From NCBI GenBank assembly GCA_964530845.1, contig CAZHBS010000003.1:6280-70279 (forward strand): 64,000 bases of DNA, read 5' to 3'. The stretch is from an uncultured Muribaculaceae bacterium. GTDB lineage: Bacteria > Bacillota_I > Bacilli_A > RF39 > UBA660. The position numbers and the translations under genes are program-made. Shown in pieces: positions 28,189 to 37,384 of this stretch (position 1 is the stretch's first letter; each line of letters starts with the position of its first letter). A model generated the notes under the pieces. It was not told the DNA's origin and did not search any database. It worked only from the letters and a program-made list of their open reading frames with translations.

Positions 28189-29847
28189 ATGACAGAAAAA
28201 GAAAGAATTGAATTGGCAAATTTACTTTTTCCAAATTTAGAACATGATAGAGAGTACTACGAAAATAAGTATCCAAAGAGAAATTTACCAGAAAACGCGA
28301 TGGTTACACGTTATGCACCATCACCAACTGGTAGTGTACATTTAGGAAATCTTTTAAGTGCCTTTGCTGATATGGTTTATGCAAGACAAAGTGGAGGAAG
28401 TTTTTACTTAAGAATTGAAGATACAGACCAAAAAAGAATGATTGAGGGTGGAATTGAAAATATTACATCTGTTTTACATGACTTTGACATTCTACCTAAT
28501 GAAGGATATTCCTTTGGAGGAGAGTATGATCCATATATTCAAAGTGAGAGAACTGAAATATATCAAACATACATAAAAGACTTAATTATTAAAGGATATG
28601 CATATCCATGCTTTATGACTGAAGAGGAAATCCAAAATATAAGAGAAGAACAAGAAGTTAACAAAACAAAAATTGGTATTTATGGTGTTTATGCAGTAGA
28701 TAGAGATTTGTCATTAGATGAAGTAAAGGAAAATATAAATAATAATAAGGAATATGTTATTAGATTAAAATCTAACGGAGATCCAAACAAAGAAATTGAA
28801 ATAGTTGATTGCATCAAAGGAAAAATGAAATTTCCAGAACATAATGTAGATACAGTATTATTAAAAAAAGATGGAACACCAACATACCATTTTGCTCACG
28901 CAATAGATGATCACTTAATGCATACAACACATGTAATAAGAGGAGATGAATGGGTATCAAGTCTTCCGCTACATTATCAGTTATTTCAGATACTAGACTT
29001 TGAACCAGTAAAGTATGCTCATATTGCTCCAATAACAATAAAAGATGCTGAAACTGGAAATATTAGAAAAATATCTAAAAGAAAAGATCCTTGGTTTGGA
29101 GTTAAATACTATGAAGAAAACGGTATTCCAATAGAAGCACTTCATCTTTATCTTGCAACAATTACAAATACTAACTTTGAGGAATGGTATTTAAATAATA
29201 GCGATAAAGATATAAGTAATTTTGAATTTAGTTTTGATAAACAAGCAATAGGTGGAACATCTTTTGATGAGGCAAAACTAGTAAATCTATGTAAAACATA
29301 TTTTTCAAGAAAAAGTGGAGAAGAAGTTTATAATGAAACTCTTGAGTGGGCTAAAAAACATGACACAGAGTATGCTAAATTATTAGAAGATAATAAAAAA
29401 GATATGATTAAATTCTTCAGTATAGAAAAAGATGGACCTCGTCCAAGAAAAGATATTTCTAAATATAGTGAAGTAAGAGAAGAATTCTCATATGCAATAG
29501 ATTCATTATTCGAAAAAGAACATTATAAAAAGTATGATGGAGAAAAAAAATACGATGTAAATTTAGCATTAGATTATGTAAATAATTATTTAAATCTTGA
29601 TTTAGACAATGAGACATGGTTTAATGAGATAAAAGAATTTGCCGAAAAGAACGGTTATGCTGCAAGTCCAAAAGAATATAAGGTAACACCTGATAAATAT
29701 AAAGGTCATGTTGGAGACGTATGTGAGGCAATAAGAGTAATATTAACAGGAAGATTAAAGTCACCAGATCTATACAGCATAATGAAGATTTTAGGCAAAG
29801 AAAGAATATTAAAAAGAATAGAAATGTATTCATCAATATGCAAATAA
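28189..29847 (+). CDS. gltX: Glutamate--tRNA ligase family protein (long, divergent)
   Basis: GluRS-type blocks are APSPTGSVHLGN (HIGH region), LRIEDTDQKR and KISKRK (KMSKS). At 552 aa it is longer than typical bacterial GluRS. Confidence 0.85.
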   Translation: MTEKERIELANLLFPNLEHDREYYENKYPKRNLPENAMVTRYAPSPTGSVHLGNLLSAFADMVYARQSGGSFYLRIEDTDQKRMIEGGIENITSVLHDFDILPNEGYSFGGEYDPYIQSERTEIYQTYIKDLIIKGYAYPCFMTEEEIQNIREEQEVNKTKIGIYGVYAVDRDLSLDEVKENINNNKEYVIRLKSNGDPNKEIEIVDCIKGKMKFPEHNVDTVLLKKDGTPTYHFAHAIDDHLMHTTHVIRGDEWVSSLPLHYQLFQILDFEPVKYAHIAPITIKDAETGNIRKISKRKDPWFGVKYYEENGIPIEALHLYLATITNTNFEEWYLNNSDKDISNFEFSFDKQAIGGTSFDEAKLVNLCKTYFSRKSGEEVYNETLEWAKKHDTEYAKLLEDNKKDMIKFFSIEKDGPRPRKDISKYSEVREEFSYAIDSLFEKEHYKKYDGEKKYDVNLALDYVNNYLNLDLDNETWFNEIKEFAEKNGYAASPKEYKVTPDKYKGHVGDVCEAIRVILTGRLKSPDLYSIMKILGKERILKRIEMYSSICK

Positions 29848-29917
29848 AGTTGCAAAAAAAAATAAAGTATGTTATCATATGCAGTGCATTAAAAAGGAAG
29901 AGAGATGTGGTTAGAAA

Positions 29918-30601
29918 ATGGAAGAAATCGATTTAAAAGAAATGTTTGATTACTTTAAAAGTAAGATATCATGGATAATCATTACAGTGGTATTAGCAAT
30001 TGGTATAGGTAATATCTATACAATCTTAACAAGAGTTCCAATGTATAGAAGTGATACTTCATTAGTTCTTGTTAGTAAAAACAATGGAGAGAGTGGACAA
30101 TCATTCAATCAAGGAGACCAACAATTAAATAAGAACCTTGTTGGAACATATACAGAAATTATTAAATCAAAAAGAGTCCTTGAAAAAGTTATTAACAATC
30201 TAGACTTAGATTATACTCTTGGAGAATTACAAGGAAGAGTTTCAGTAACGGCTGTAACAAATACAGAAATAATTAAAATTACAGCATCTGATTCAGAACC
30301 AAGACAAGCAACAAAAATATCAAATGAAATTGCCAACGTATTCGTAAATGAAATCAACAAGTTCTACGAATTAAATAACGTTGCAGTACTTGATAAAGCA
30401 GAAAGTACAAAGAGTCCATACAATGTTAATTATGTAAAAGATAATATAATCTACTTATTAGTAGGAGTTGTGTTATCTTGTGGAATCATATTTATCTATT
30501 TCTATTTCGATACAACTATCAAAACAAGCGATGATATCGAGAAAAAATTAGGATTAAACGTAATTGGTACAGTACCAAAGGTTAATTTAGGAAAGGAGTA
30601 G
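29918..30601 (+). CDS. Wzz/CpsC/YwqC-type chain-length determinant and tyrosine-kinase modulator
   Basis: Two TM segments flank a periplasmic-type domain. N-terminal motif DLKEMFDYFKSKISWII. It lies immediately upstream of the BY-kinase. Confidence 0.85.
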   Translation: MEEIDLKEMFDYFKSKISWIIITVVLAIGIGNIYTILTRVPMYRSDTSLVLVSKNNGESGQSFNQGDQQLNKNLVGTYTEIIKSKRVLEKVINNLDLDYTLGELQGRVSVTAVTNTEIIKITASDSEPRQATKISNEIANVFVNEINKFYELNNVAVLDKAESTKSPYNVNYVKDNIIYLLVGVVLSCGIIFIYFYFDTTIKTSDDIEKKLGLNVIGTVPKVNLGKE

Positions 30602-30607
30602 AGAAAT

Positions 30608-31315
30608 ATGGCAACAAAATCAAAAGATTTATTTATTACAAAGAATCCAAAATCATCTTTTGCAGAAGCAATTAGATGTATTCGTACAAATATTGCATTC
30701 TCGTCAGTAGATAAAGATGTAAAAATAATAATGAATACTTCTCCAGAAGCAGGAGATGGAAAAAGTTTCATCTCATCAAATCTAGCAGTAACATATGCTC
30801 AAGAGGGGAAAAAAGTATTGTTAATTGATGCAGACTTAAGAAGAGGTAGACTTCATACAATATTTGAAGTAATGAATATTACAAGTGGAGGATATACAAA
30901 CTTAATGTTAAACTTCAAAGAAAATATGTCATTTGATAAGTATATTTTCCCAACATTTGATAAGAATATTGATTTACTTCCTACAGGTCCAACACCTCCA
31001 AACCCAGTTGAGTTATTAGGTAGTGAAAATAATAGAAGATTACTTGAATGTTTAAAAAAGAAATATGACTTAATAATAATGGACTGTGCTCCAATTATCG
31101 GATTAAGTGATTCCTTAGTTATAACAACATTAAGTGATATCAATCTAATAACAGTATCTGCTAAGAAAACTAAAATGGAGAATCTAGAAAGAACCAAAAA
31201 GATATTTGAACAAGTTAATGCTAAAATAGATGGTGTAATTCTAAATAAAGTACAAACTGCAGGAAGTCACTATTATAGTTCATACTATACAGAATATTAT
31301 AGCTCTAAAGAATAA
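30608..31315 (+). CDS. BY-kinase (CpsD/CapB/YwqD-type protein-tyrosine kinase)
   Basis: Walker A SPEAGDGKS, Walker A' LLIDADLRR, Walker B IIMDCAP, and a C-terminal Tyr cluster SHYYSSYYTEYYSS. Confidence 0.88.
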   Translation: MATKSKDLFITKNPKSSFAEAIRCIRTNIAFSSVDKDVKIIMNTSPEAGDGKSFISSNLAVTYAQEGKKVLLIDADLRRGRLHTIFEVMNITSGGYTNLMLNFKENMSFDKYIFPTFDKNIDLLPTGPTPPNPVELLGSENNRRLLECLKKKYDLIIMDCAPIIGLSDSLVITTLSDINLITVSAKKTKMENLERTKKIFEQVNAKIDGVILNKVQTAGSHYYSSYYTEYYSSKE

Positions 31316-31322
31316 TAAAAGA

Positions 31323-31349
31323 CACATTCGAAATGAATGTGCTTTTTTT
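31323..31349. terminator. Bidirectional terminator
   Basis: Stem cacattc / gaatgtg with A-run and T-run flanks, between convergent genes. Confidence 0.6.
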
Positions 31350-32046
31350 AATTATGTACTAAAGTTCCTTTTTCTTCTTCATTAAGTACTTTTAATAAAT
31401 TATCTTTTTTATTAATATTAAATACAAGTATAGGAATATCCTCATCCATACATAAACTAATTGCTGTTGAATCCATTACATTTAGTTTTTTGTTTAATAC
31501 ATCAATATAAGTTATATCATCAAACTTAACTGCATCATCATACTTTTTAGGATCCTTATCATAAACCCCATCAACCTTAGTTCCTTTAACAAGAATATCA
31601 GCCTTAATTTCAGCAGCTCTAAGACTAGCAGCTGTATCAGTTGAGAAGAAAGGGCTACCAGTACCACAACCAAATATTACGACACGACCTTTTTCAAGAT
31701 GCCGTATTGCTCTATCTTTAATATAGAATTCTGCAATTTGTCTCATCTCGACTCCAGTTTGAACACGAACATCAACACCTAATTGTTTAAAAGCATCTCC
31801 GAGTGCTAAGGCATTCATAACTGTTCCCATCATTCCTATGTAGTCACTAGTTGCACGATCCATATAGTCGTTGCTTTTTCCTCTCCAGAAGTTGCCACCA
31901 CCAACAACAATGCCAATTTGATAGCCAACTTTTTGTGCATCTGCAACTTCACGAGCAATCTCTAATGTTCTATCAAAATCAATTCCGACTCCTTTAGAAC
32001 CAGCAAGTACTTCTCCAGAAAGTTTTAAAAGAACTCTCTTATACAT
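31348..32046 (-). CDS. pyrH: UMP kinase
   Basis: [12 protein letters not shown] start with an AGGAG RBS; the ORF-track start at 32076 is an upstream extension. GGGNFWRG motif. Confidence 0.92.
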   Translation of the reverse strand: MYKRVLLKLSGEVLAGSKGVGIDFDRTLEIAREVADAQKVGYQIGIVVGGGNFWRGKSNDYMDRATSDYIGMMGTVMNALALGDAFKQLGVDVRVQTGVEMRQIAEFYIKDRAIRHLEKGRVVIFGCGTGSPFFSTDTAASLRAAEIKADILVKGTKVDGVYDKDPKKYDDAVKFDDITYIDVLNKKLNVMDSTAISLCMDEDIPILVFNINKKDNLLKVLNEEEKGTLVHN

Positions 32047-32186
32047 TAAATCATCTCCTACATATAAGTCTAACATAAAGATAGATTATTGTAAAAAATA
32101 AAATAATTATGTTATAATAAGTAAAACTTATGAAATTTAGTAGTAATAAATTCCTTATAAAATAAAGAAAATATAAGGCAATATGA

Positions 32187-32215
32187 TTGACACAATAGGT
32201 ATCGTATGTTATAAT
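32187..32215 (+). promoter_or_regulatory. Consensus sigma-A promoter of the rplU-prp-rpmA operon
   Basis: TTGACA (32187-32192), 17-nt spacer, TATAAT (32210-32215). Confidence 0.65.
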
Positions 32216-32216
32216 C

Positions 32217-32313
32217 TAAATGTTTGACGCCTCATGCTCAAACCGCATTGAAAAGGTAGAAACTATAATTAGTGCCTTAAGAGCGAGTCTTAAGTTAAAA
32301 AAGGAGGTATATT
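32217..32313 (+). ncRNA. Structured 5' leader, possibly the L21-leader type of autoregulatory element
   Basis: Two hairpins: gtttga/tcaaac (32222-32243) and cttaag/cttaag (32276-32294), directly before the RBS. An L21 leader is known upstream of this operon in Bacillota, but homology was not verified. Confidence 0.35.
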
Positions 32314-32613
32314 ATGAACGCTGTAATTAAAGTTGGTGGAAAACAATATTACGTAGCTGAAGGAACAGAAATTTTTGTTGAAAAATTAGATTGTGAAGTA
32401 GGAGACGTAGTTAATTTTGACCAAGTACTAATGCTAGATAGTAAAATAGGTAATCCTTATCTTACAGGTGTTACAGTAAAAGGTGAAGTTCTAAAAAATG
32501 GAAAGAGTAAAAAAGTTAAAATCTTTAAATACAAATCTAAAGATAGAGCAAACCGCTTAACACAAGGACATAGACAACCATATACTAAAATCAAAATTAC
32601 TCAAATTGGTTAA
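32314..32613 (+). CDS. rplU: 50S ribosomal protein L21
   Basis: MNAVIKVGGKQYYVAEG..., conserved L21 sequence and operon context. Confidence 0.95.
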   Translation: MNAVIKVGGKQYYVAEGTEIFVEKLDCEVGDVVNFDQVLMLDSKIGNPYLTGVTVKGEVLKNGKSKKVKIFKYKSKDRANRLTQGHRQPYTKIKITQIG

Positions 32614-32615
32614 TT

Positions 32616-32918
32616 ATGATAACAGTAAACATTGAAAAAGAAAGTAGTAAGTATAAAAAAATTAAAATATTAGGTCATGCAATGTATGATGATTATGGAA
32701 AAGACATTGTCTGCAGTGCTGCTAGTAGTATTGTTATTACGACAGTTAATGGAATACTTACATTGAATAAAGGGAGTCTAACATATTTAGTTAGTAAGAA
32801 AGGAATGACAATCGATATTAAAAATACCGATGAAACGACTCAATTGCTAATTGGTAATATGATTAATCTTTTAAAAGATCTGGAAAAAAATTATCCAGAA
32901 AATATTGAAGTAAAATAA
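32616..32918 (+). CDS. prp: Ribosomal-processing cysteine protease Prp
   Basis: GHA...DIVCSAASS catalytic His/Cys pattern. It sits between rplU and rpmA. Confidence 0.9.
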   Translation: MITVNIEKESSKYKKIKILGHAMYDDYGKDIVCSAASSIVITTVNGILTLNKGSLTYLVSKKGMTIDIKNTDETTQLLIGNMINLLKDLEKNYPENIEVK

Positions 32919-32929
32919 GGAGGAGAATT

Positions 32930-33220
32930 ATGAATTTATTAAAATTAGATATACAATTATTTGCTCACCACAAAGGGCAAGGATCAACATCTAATGGTCG
33001 TGATTCTGCAGGACGTAGATTAGGAGCTAAAGCCGCTGATGGTGAATTCATCACAGCTGGTTCAATTATATACCGTCAAAGAGGAACTAAAATGTTCCCA
33101 GGAACAAATACTCGTCGTGGAAATGATGATACTATTTATTCAACAATTGATGGTATAGTAAAATTTGAACATCTAGGAAGAGATAAGAAGAAAGCTTCAG
33201 TTTATCCAGTAGAAGGATAG
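32930..33220 (+). CDS. rpmA: 50S ribosomal protein L27 with an N-terminal propeptide
   Basis: [26 protein letters not shown]..., the Firmicute-type extension cleaved by Prp. Confidence 0.95.
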   Translation: MNLLKLDIQLFAHHKGQGSTSNGRDSAGRRLGAKAADGEFITAGSIIYRQRGTKMFPGTNTRRGNDDTIYSTIDGIVKFEHLGRDKKKASVYPVEG

Positions 33221-33233
33221 TCAAAGGACATTC

Positions 33234-33267
33234 GAGAACCATTTAAAAATTAGGTGGTTCTCTTTTT
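33234..33267 (+). terminator. Rho-independent terminator or attenuator between rpmA and obg
   Basis: Stem gagaacca / tggttctc followed by TTTTT. Confidence 0.6.
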
Positions 33268-33296
33268 AGTTATAAAAGAAAAATAGGAGTGATACT

Positions 33297-34568
33297 ATGT
33301 TTGTAGATGAAGTATTAATAAGAGTAGAGGCCGGAAATGGTGGAGATGGCTGTACTGCATTTCGAAGAGAAAAATTTGTACCTATGGGAGGACCATATGG
33401 TGGAAATGGTGGACACGGTGCCGATATAATATTCAAAGTAGATGAAGGCCTACATACTTTATTAGATTTAAGATACCAAAAAACAATAAAAGGTCAAAAA
33501 GGTGAAAATGGTCGAGGTAAAAATCAGCATGGAAAAGGAGCAGAACCTCTAATCGTAAAAGTACCTCAAGGAACTGTTGTAACTGATATGGATACAGGAT
33601 TAGTAATTGCAGACCTATCTCATAAAGACCAAGAAGAAATAATTGCTAAAGGCGGAAGAGGTGGACGAGGCAATACTGCCTTTAAAACTCAAACAAATAC
33701 TGCACCTGATTATTCAGAAAATGGAGAAGAAGGCGAAAGAAAAAATTTAAAAGTAGAAGTAAAAATGCTTGCCGATGTCGGACTAGTTGGACTTCCAAGT
33801 GTAGGTAAAAGTACAATTATCTCATGTATTTCTGCATCACGTCCAAAAATAGCAGCATATCACTTCACAACTCTAAATCCAAACTTAGGAGTTACAAAAT
33901 CATCTGATGGAAGAAGCTTTGTTGTTGCTGACTTACCTGGACTAATTGAGGGAGCAAGCGAAGGAGAAGGCTTAGGAGACAAATTCCTAAAACATATTGA
34001 AAGAACAAGAGTAATTGCTCATGTAATAGATATGGCAGGAAGTGAAATGCGAGATCCATATGAAGACTACATTTTAATTAACAAAGAACTTAAAAACTAT
34101 AATGAAAAGTTAATAGAAAAGCCAATGATCGTTATTGCCAATAAAATGGACTTACCAGAAGCTAAAGAAAACTTAGAGAAATTTAAAGAAAAAGTTGACT
34201 GTGAAATATTCGAAGTAAGTGCCGCAACAAATAAAGGTTTACAAGCAGTAGTAGACCGTCTAGCAGACATATTAGATACAATTCCTATTAACCCATTATA
34301 TGATGATTCGCAAATAGAAAGTCATATTCTATACAAATTTAAGAAAGAAGAACCATATACTATAACAAAAGAAGATGACGTTTGGGTTATACGTGGAGCT
34401 GAAGTAGAAAGATTATTTAAAATGACAAAATTTTCAAGCGAAGAAGCAGCTTATAGATTTGCTAAAAAACTAAAAAGATTAGGAATTGATGATAAACTAA
34501 AAGAACTTGGAGCAGAAGAAAATGATCAAGTAAGAATATTAGATTTCTACTTTGATTATAAAGATTAA
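33297..34568 (+). CDS. obg: GTPase Obg
   Basis: MFVDEVLIRVEAGNGGDGCTAFRREKF, glycine-rich Obg fold, G1 GLPSVGKST, and a C-terminal OCT-like domain. Confidence 0.95.
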   Translation: MFVDEVLIRVEAGNGGDGCTAFRREKFVPMGGPYGGNGGHGADIIFKVDEGLHTLLDLRYQKTIKGQKGENGRGKNQHGKGAEPLIVKVPQGTVVTDMDTGLVIADLSHKDQEEIIAKGGRGGRGNTAFKTQTNTAPDYSENGEEGERKNLKVEVKMLADVGLVGLPSVGKSTIISCISASRPKIAAYHFTTLNPNLGVTKSSDGRSFVVADLPGLIEGASEGEGLGDKFLKHIERTRVIAHVIDMAGSEMRDPYEDYILINKELKNYNEKLIEKPMIVIANKMDLPEAKENLEKFKEKVDCEIFEVSAATNKGLQAVVDRLADILDTIPINPLYDDSQIESHILYKFKKEEPYTITKEDDVWVIRGAEVERLFKMTKFSSEEAAYRFAKKLKRLGIDDKLKELGAEENDQVRILDFYFDYKD

Positions 34569-34593
34569 AAAATAAAAAAGAGGGGGGATTAAA

Positions 34594-35406
34594 ATGTCAT
34601 TATATAGAGATATTAGCGATAGAATTTCAACAGGTGATACAACAAAAGAATATTATCGTTTTCAAGGAGCAAAAACAGCATCACGTATGGACATAGGTGC
34701 AGACTACATTTATTTTTCTAAATCTATAGACCATCATATGTACTTTACAATAAAAAGACTAAAACAATTATTATCAAAATTATTATTAGAGGAAGATATA
34801 ATATTTAATCAAAGAAGCTTAAGAAATCCTGATGAATGCCGAAGAATAAATAATCTAGTATTAAATAGTGAGCAAATAGAAAACTTATTTAGTTATAGAC
34901 TTGTATGTTCAAAAAATATAGATGGTCTACTAAAACAAAATTGTATTTTTTCAGATCGTAAACCGGATAAAAAAAAGTATATTGAAAGAGTTGACAGAAG
35001 AGTTTATGGTGGCGGTTATGGAGTAGCTGATGAGTGGAGAGAATTAATGATTTATTTAACTTATTTTACTGCCAGACAAAAAATTAATAGAGAAGACTTA
35101 TTAGAAATAATAAGACAAATGAAGATATCTGGAAGTATGAATAGAAAAGATAACATAGCTCATATAATAAGAAAACCAGAAAATTATACTTACAGAATAA
35201 ATGATGGTTTATTAAGTGATTTTAATAAATATAACATTATAGATGTTTTAGAAAGAATCCTCGAAAAAGGATTAGCAAATCCTGAATCAGAATTAAGTAC
35301 AGCACCTGATAAAACAATAAGAAGAATCGTAGATGACTATGAAAGAGATAGAGAAAAAACATTAATACTCTTAGGAAAAAGAGGTAGTGGCAGAAAGGTT
35401 GAATAA
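34594..35406 (+). CDS. Hypothetical protein
   Basis: GGGGGA RBS. No motif recognised. Basic protein with no TM. Confidence 0.55.
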   Translation: MSLYRDISDRISTGDTTKEYYRFQGAKTASRMDIGADYIYFSKSIDHHMYFTIKRLKQLLSKLLLEEDIIFNQRSLRNPDECRRINNLVLNSEQIENLFSYRLVCSKNIDGLLKQNCIFSDRKPDKKKYIERVDRRVYGGGYGVADEWRELMIYLTYFTARQKINREDLLEIIRQMKISGSMNRKDNIAHIIRKPENYTYRINDGLLSDFNKYNIIDVLERILEKGLANPESELSTAPDKTIRRIVDDYERDREKTLILLGKRGSGRKVE

Positions 35407-35407
35407 C

Positions 35408-36106
35408 ATGGAAGATGAAAAAAGAAAGGAAAATTTAAACACAGTAGAACATTTTGTTCGTAAGAATCCTCATCTATATGATAAATATGATTCATTAAGA
35501 ATTCTAGATATTATGAGATATGGAAAGTATCCAGAAACATATCATAAAGAAATCTTGAGAGAAGTGCTAGACTTTTTAGGAATAATTCCAGATTCAGAAA
35601 ACATATATATAGAGTTTTTGCATCAAATAGAAAGTCTTCATCAAATAGAAAACAGAAATATCATTGAAGTAGGATGTGGAGTTTTTCCTAATTTATCATC
35701 TAGAATGAGTCTAAAACAAAAAAATGGGCGTATTACAGTTTATGACCCAAGACTTGATTCAACTATTCAATCATCTGACAAGTTAATATTAAAAAAAGAA
35801 GAATTTACAAGAGAAACTCCATTAGAAGACACAAACCTAATAGTCGGATTAATGCCTTGCAAAGGAGCAGAAGCCTTAATAGACCAAGCTATAGCAAATG
35901 AGATAGATTTTGTTTTATGGCTATGTGAAGGTGGTCCACATGGAGACTACTTTGACTATTTTGAGGATGAAGAAGAGTGGCTATATAGTATAACATCAAT
36001 CGCCAGAAGAGGAACAGAAGACAAAAAAATGGGAAAACTTCAAAAAAAATACATAAAAAAATATTCAACATCCTACCCAATAATATATAACTCTAGAAAT
36101 ATTTAA
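35408..36106 (+). CDS. Hypothetical protein with a Rossmann-like EVGCG motif (faint UPF0146 / methyltransferase-fold resemblance)
   Basis: The ATG at 35408 starts 2 nt after the upstream stop; the ORF-track GTG at 35387 lacks usable RBS spacing. Motif IIEVGCGVFPN. Confidence 0.5.
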   Translation: MEDEKRKENLNTVEHFVRKNPHLYDKYDSLRILDIMRYGKYPETYHKEILREVLDFLGIIPDSENIYIEFLHQIESLHQIENRNIIEVGCGVFPNLSSRMSLKQKNGRITVYDPRLDSTIQSSDKLILKKEEFTRETPLEDTNLIVGLMPCKGAEALIDQAIANEIDFVLWLCEGGPHGDYFDYFEDEEEWLYSITSIARRGTEDKKMGKLQKKYIKKYSTSYPIIYNSRNI

Positions 36107-36178
36107 AAATACTTGTAAAAATACTAATACTTTATGCTATAATGAAAATATACTTATGATAGGATAAAGAGGTGTTTT

Positions 36179-36973
36179 ATGAAAAGTATTAGTTTCCTAG
36201 AAAAAAAAGATATAGATATAAAAACTAGTCTTAGTTTGTTTGGAGATATAAATAAATATAATGAAAAATTAGGAGAGTTTTTAGTTGGAATACATGCAAA
36301 AATAAAACAACTTATAGTCTTTATGCAAAAACAAGATCTTCAAAACTATAATATCTGTGTCCGCTCAATGAAAAATGATGCGAGATACTATGGCTTTAAT
36401 ACTCTTGGTACTGTTGCAGAACAACATGAAGCACATTCTGCATCAGGAGATTTACATTATATTCAAGAACACATAAATGATTTAATAACAGTAACAAATG
36501 ATGCTATCGTACTAATTCAAGAATATATGAATGGTACAGATGACGAACAAGTAAATATAGAAGCAACTAATGCTGAAACATATGATACTGCAACAATATT
36601 GGTTGTTGATGATTCAAATATCATTAGAAATTTCGTTAAGAAAATATTTAGTGATAAATATAATGTCGCAACAGCAAAAAATGGAGAAGAAGCCATTAAT
36701 TTAATTGAAGCTAATAAGAAAAATGATAATATAAAAACTATTTTATTAGATTTAAATATGCCAAAAGTAGATGGATTTGCTGTACTAGAATATATGCGAC
36801 AAAATGATTATTTAGAAAAAATCCCAGTTTCAATAATTTCAGGAGATTCATCAAAAGCAACTATTGAAAGAGCCTTCACATATGACATTATAGATATGTT
36901 AAGTAAACCATTTACAGATTCATCTATAAAACAAGTAGTAGAAAAAACATTATATTATAAAGATTTAATTTAA
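36179..36973 (+). CDS. Response-regulator receiver protein with an N-terminal degenerate HPt-like domain
   Basis: The REC domain is complete: VVDDS, phospho-acceptor LLDLNMP, SGDS, SKPF. The N-terminal four-helix HPt-like segment has R where the phospho-His is expected (VRSMKNDARYYG). Confidence 0.8.
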   Translation: MKSISFLEKKDIDIKTSLSLFGDINKYNEKLGEFLVGIHAKIKQLIVFMQKQDLQNYNICVRSMKNDARYYGFNTLGTVAEQHEAHSASGDLHYIQEHINDLITVTNDAIVLIQEYMNGTDDEQVNIEATNAETYDTATILVVDDSNIIRNFVKKIFSDKYNVATAKNGEEAINLIEANKKNDNIKTILLDLNMPKVDGFAVLEYMRQNDYLEKIPVSIISGDSSKATIERAFTYDIIDMLSKPFTDSSIKQVVEKTLYYKDLI

Positions 36974-36988
36974 AAAGAAGTAATCAAA

Positions 36989-37309
36989 TTACTCCTTTTT
37001 TTGTTTTAAAATATCTCCAACTTTTAATAAAGAACAAGAACCACTTGGTAAATAATAAATGTTCTTTGCCTTAAATTTAAGAATCATTTTTTCACTTTTA
37101 ACATCATTATATAAAGCAATTATTCTATTATTTTTATCAGTAAAACAAATATCAACCCTCTGACAAAAGAAATATGTGCTAGCAATTCTTTTATTAGGAA
37201 AATATAATCCACTCTTTATAGGTTCAAGATAAAACTTAAATGATTTAAATCTCTCACTAAAATTAGAACAAGTCTTAATAGAAATCTTTTTACCACAATT
37301 AATATACAT
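36989..37309 (-). CDS. Small hypothetical protein (weak DUF192-like impression)
   Basis: ATG at 37309 with a GGTGA RBS. No firm motif. Confidence 0.4.
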   Translation of the reverse strand: MYINCGKKISIKTCSNFSERFKSFKFYLEPIKSGLYFPNKRIASTYFFCQRVDICFTDKNNRIIALYNDVKSEKMILKFKAKNIYYLPSGSCSLLKVGDILKQKKE

Positions 37310-37384
37310 GTAAATCACCAATTTAATTTTATCAAAAAAATTTAGTAATATAAAGAATATGATAAAATAATAGTGGTGATTAAT

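Noticed and set aside
31348-32046. The isolated pyrH (without the usual tsf/frr neighbours) as a sign of rearrangement or horizontal transfer.
   Set aside because: The gene is intact with a normal RBS and terminator, and its composition is visibly like its surroundings. Gene order for pyrH varies among Firmicutes, so this is not informative by itself.
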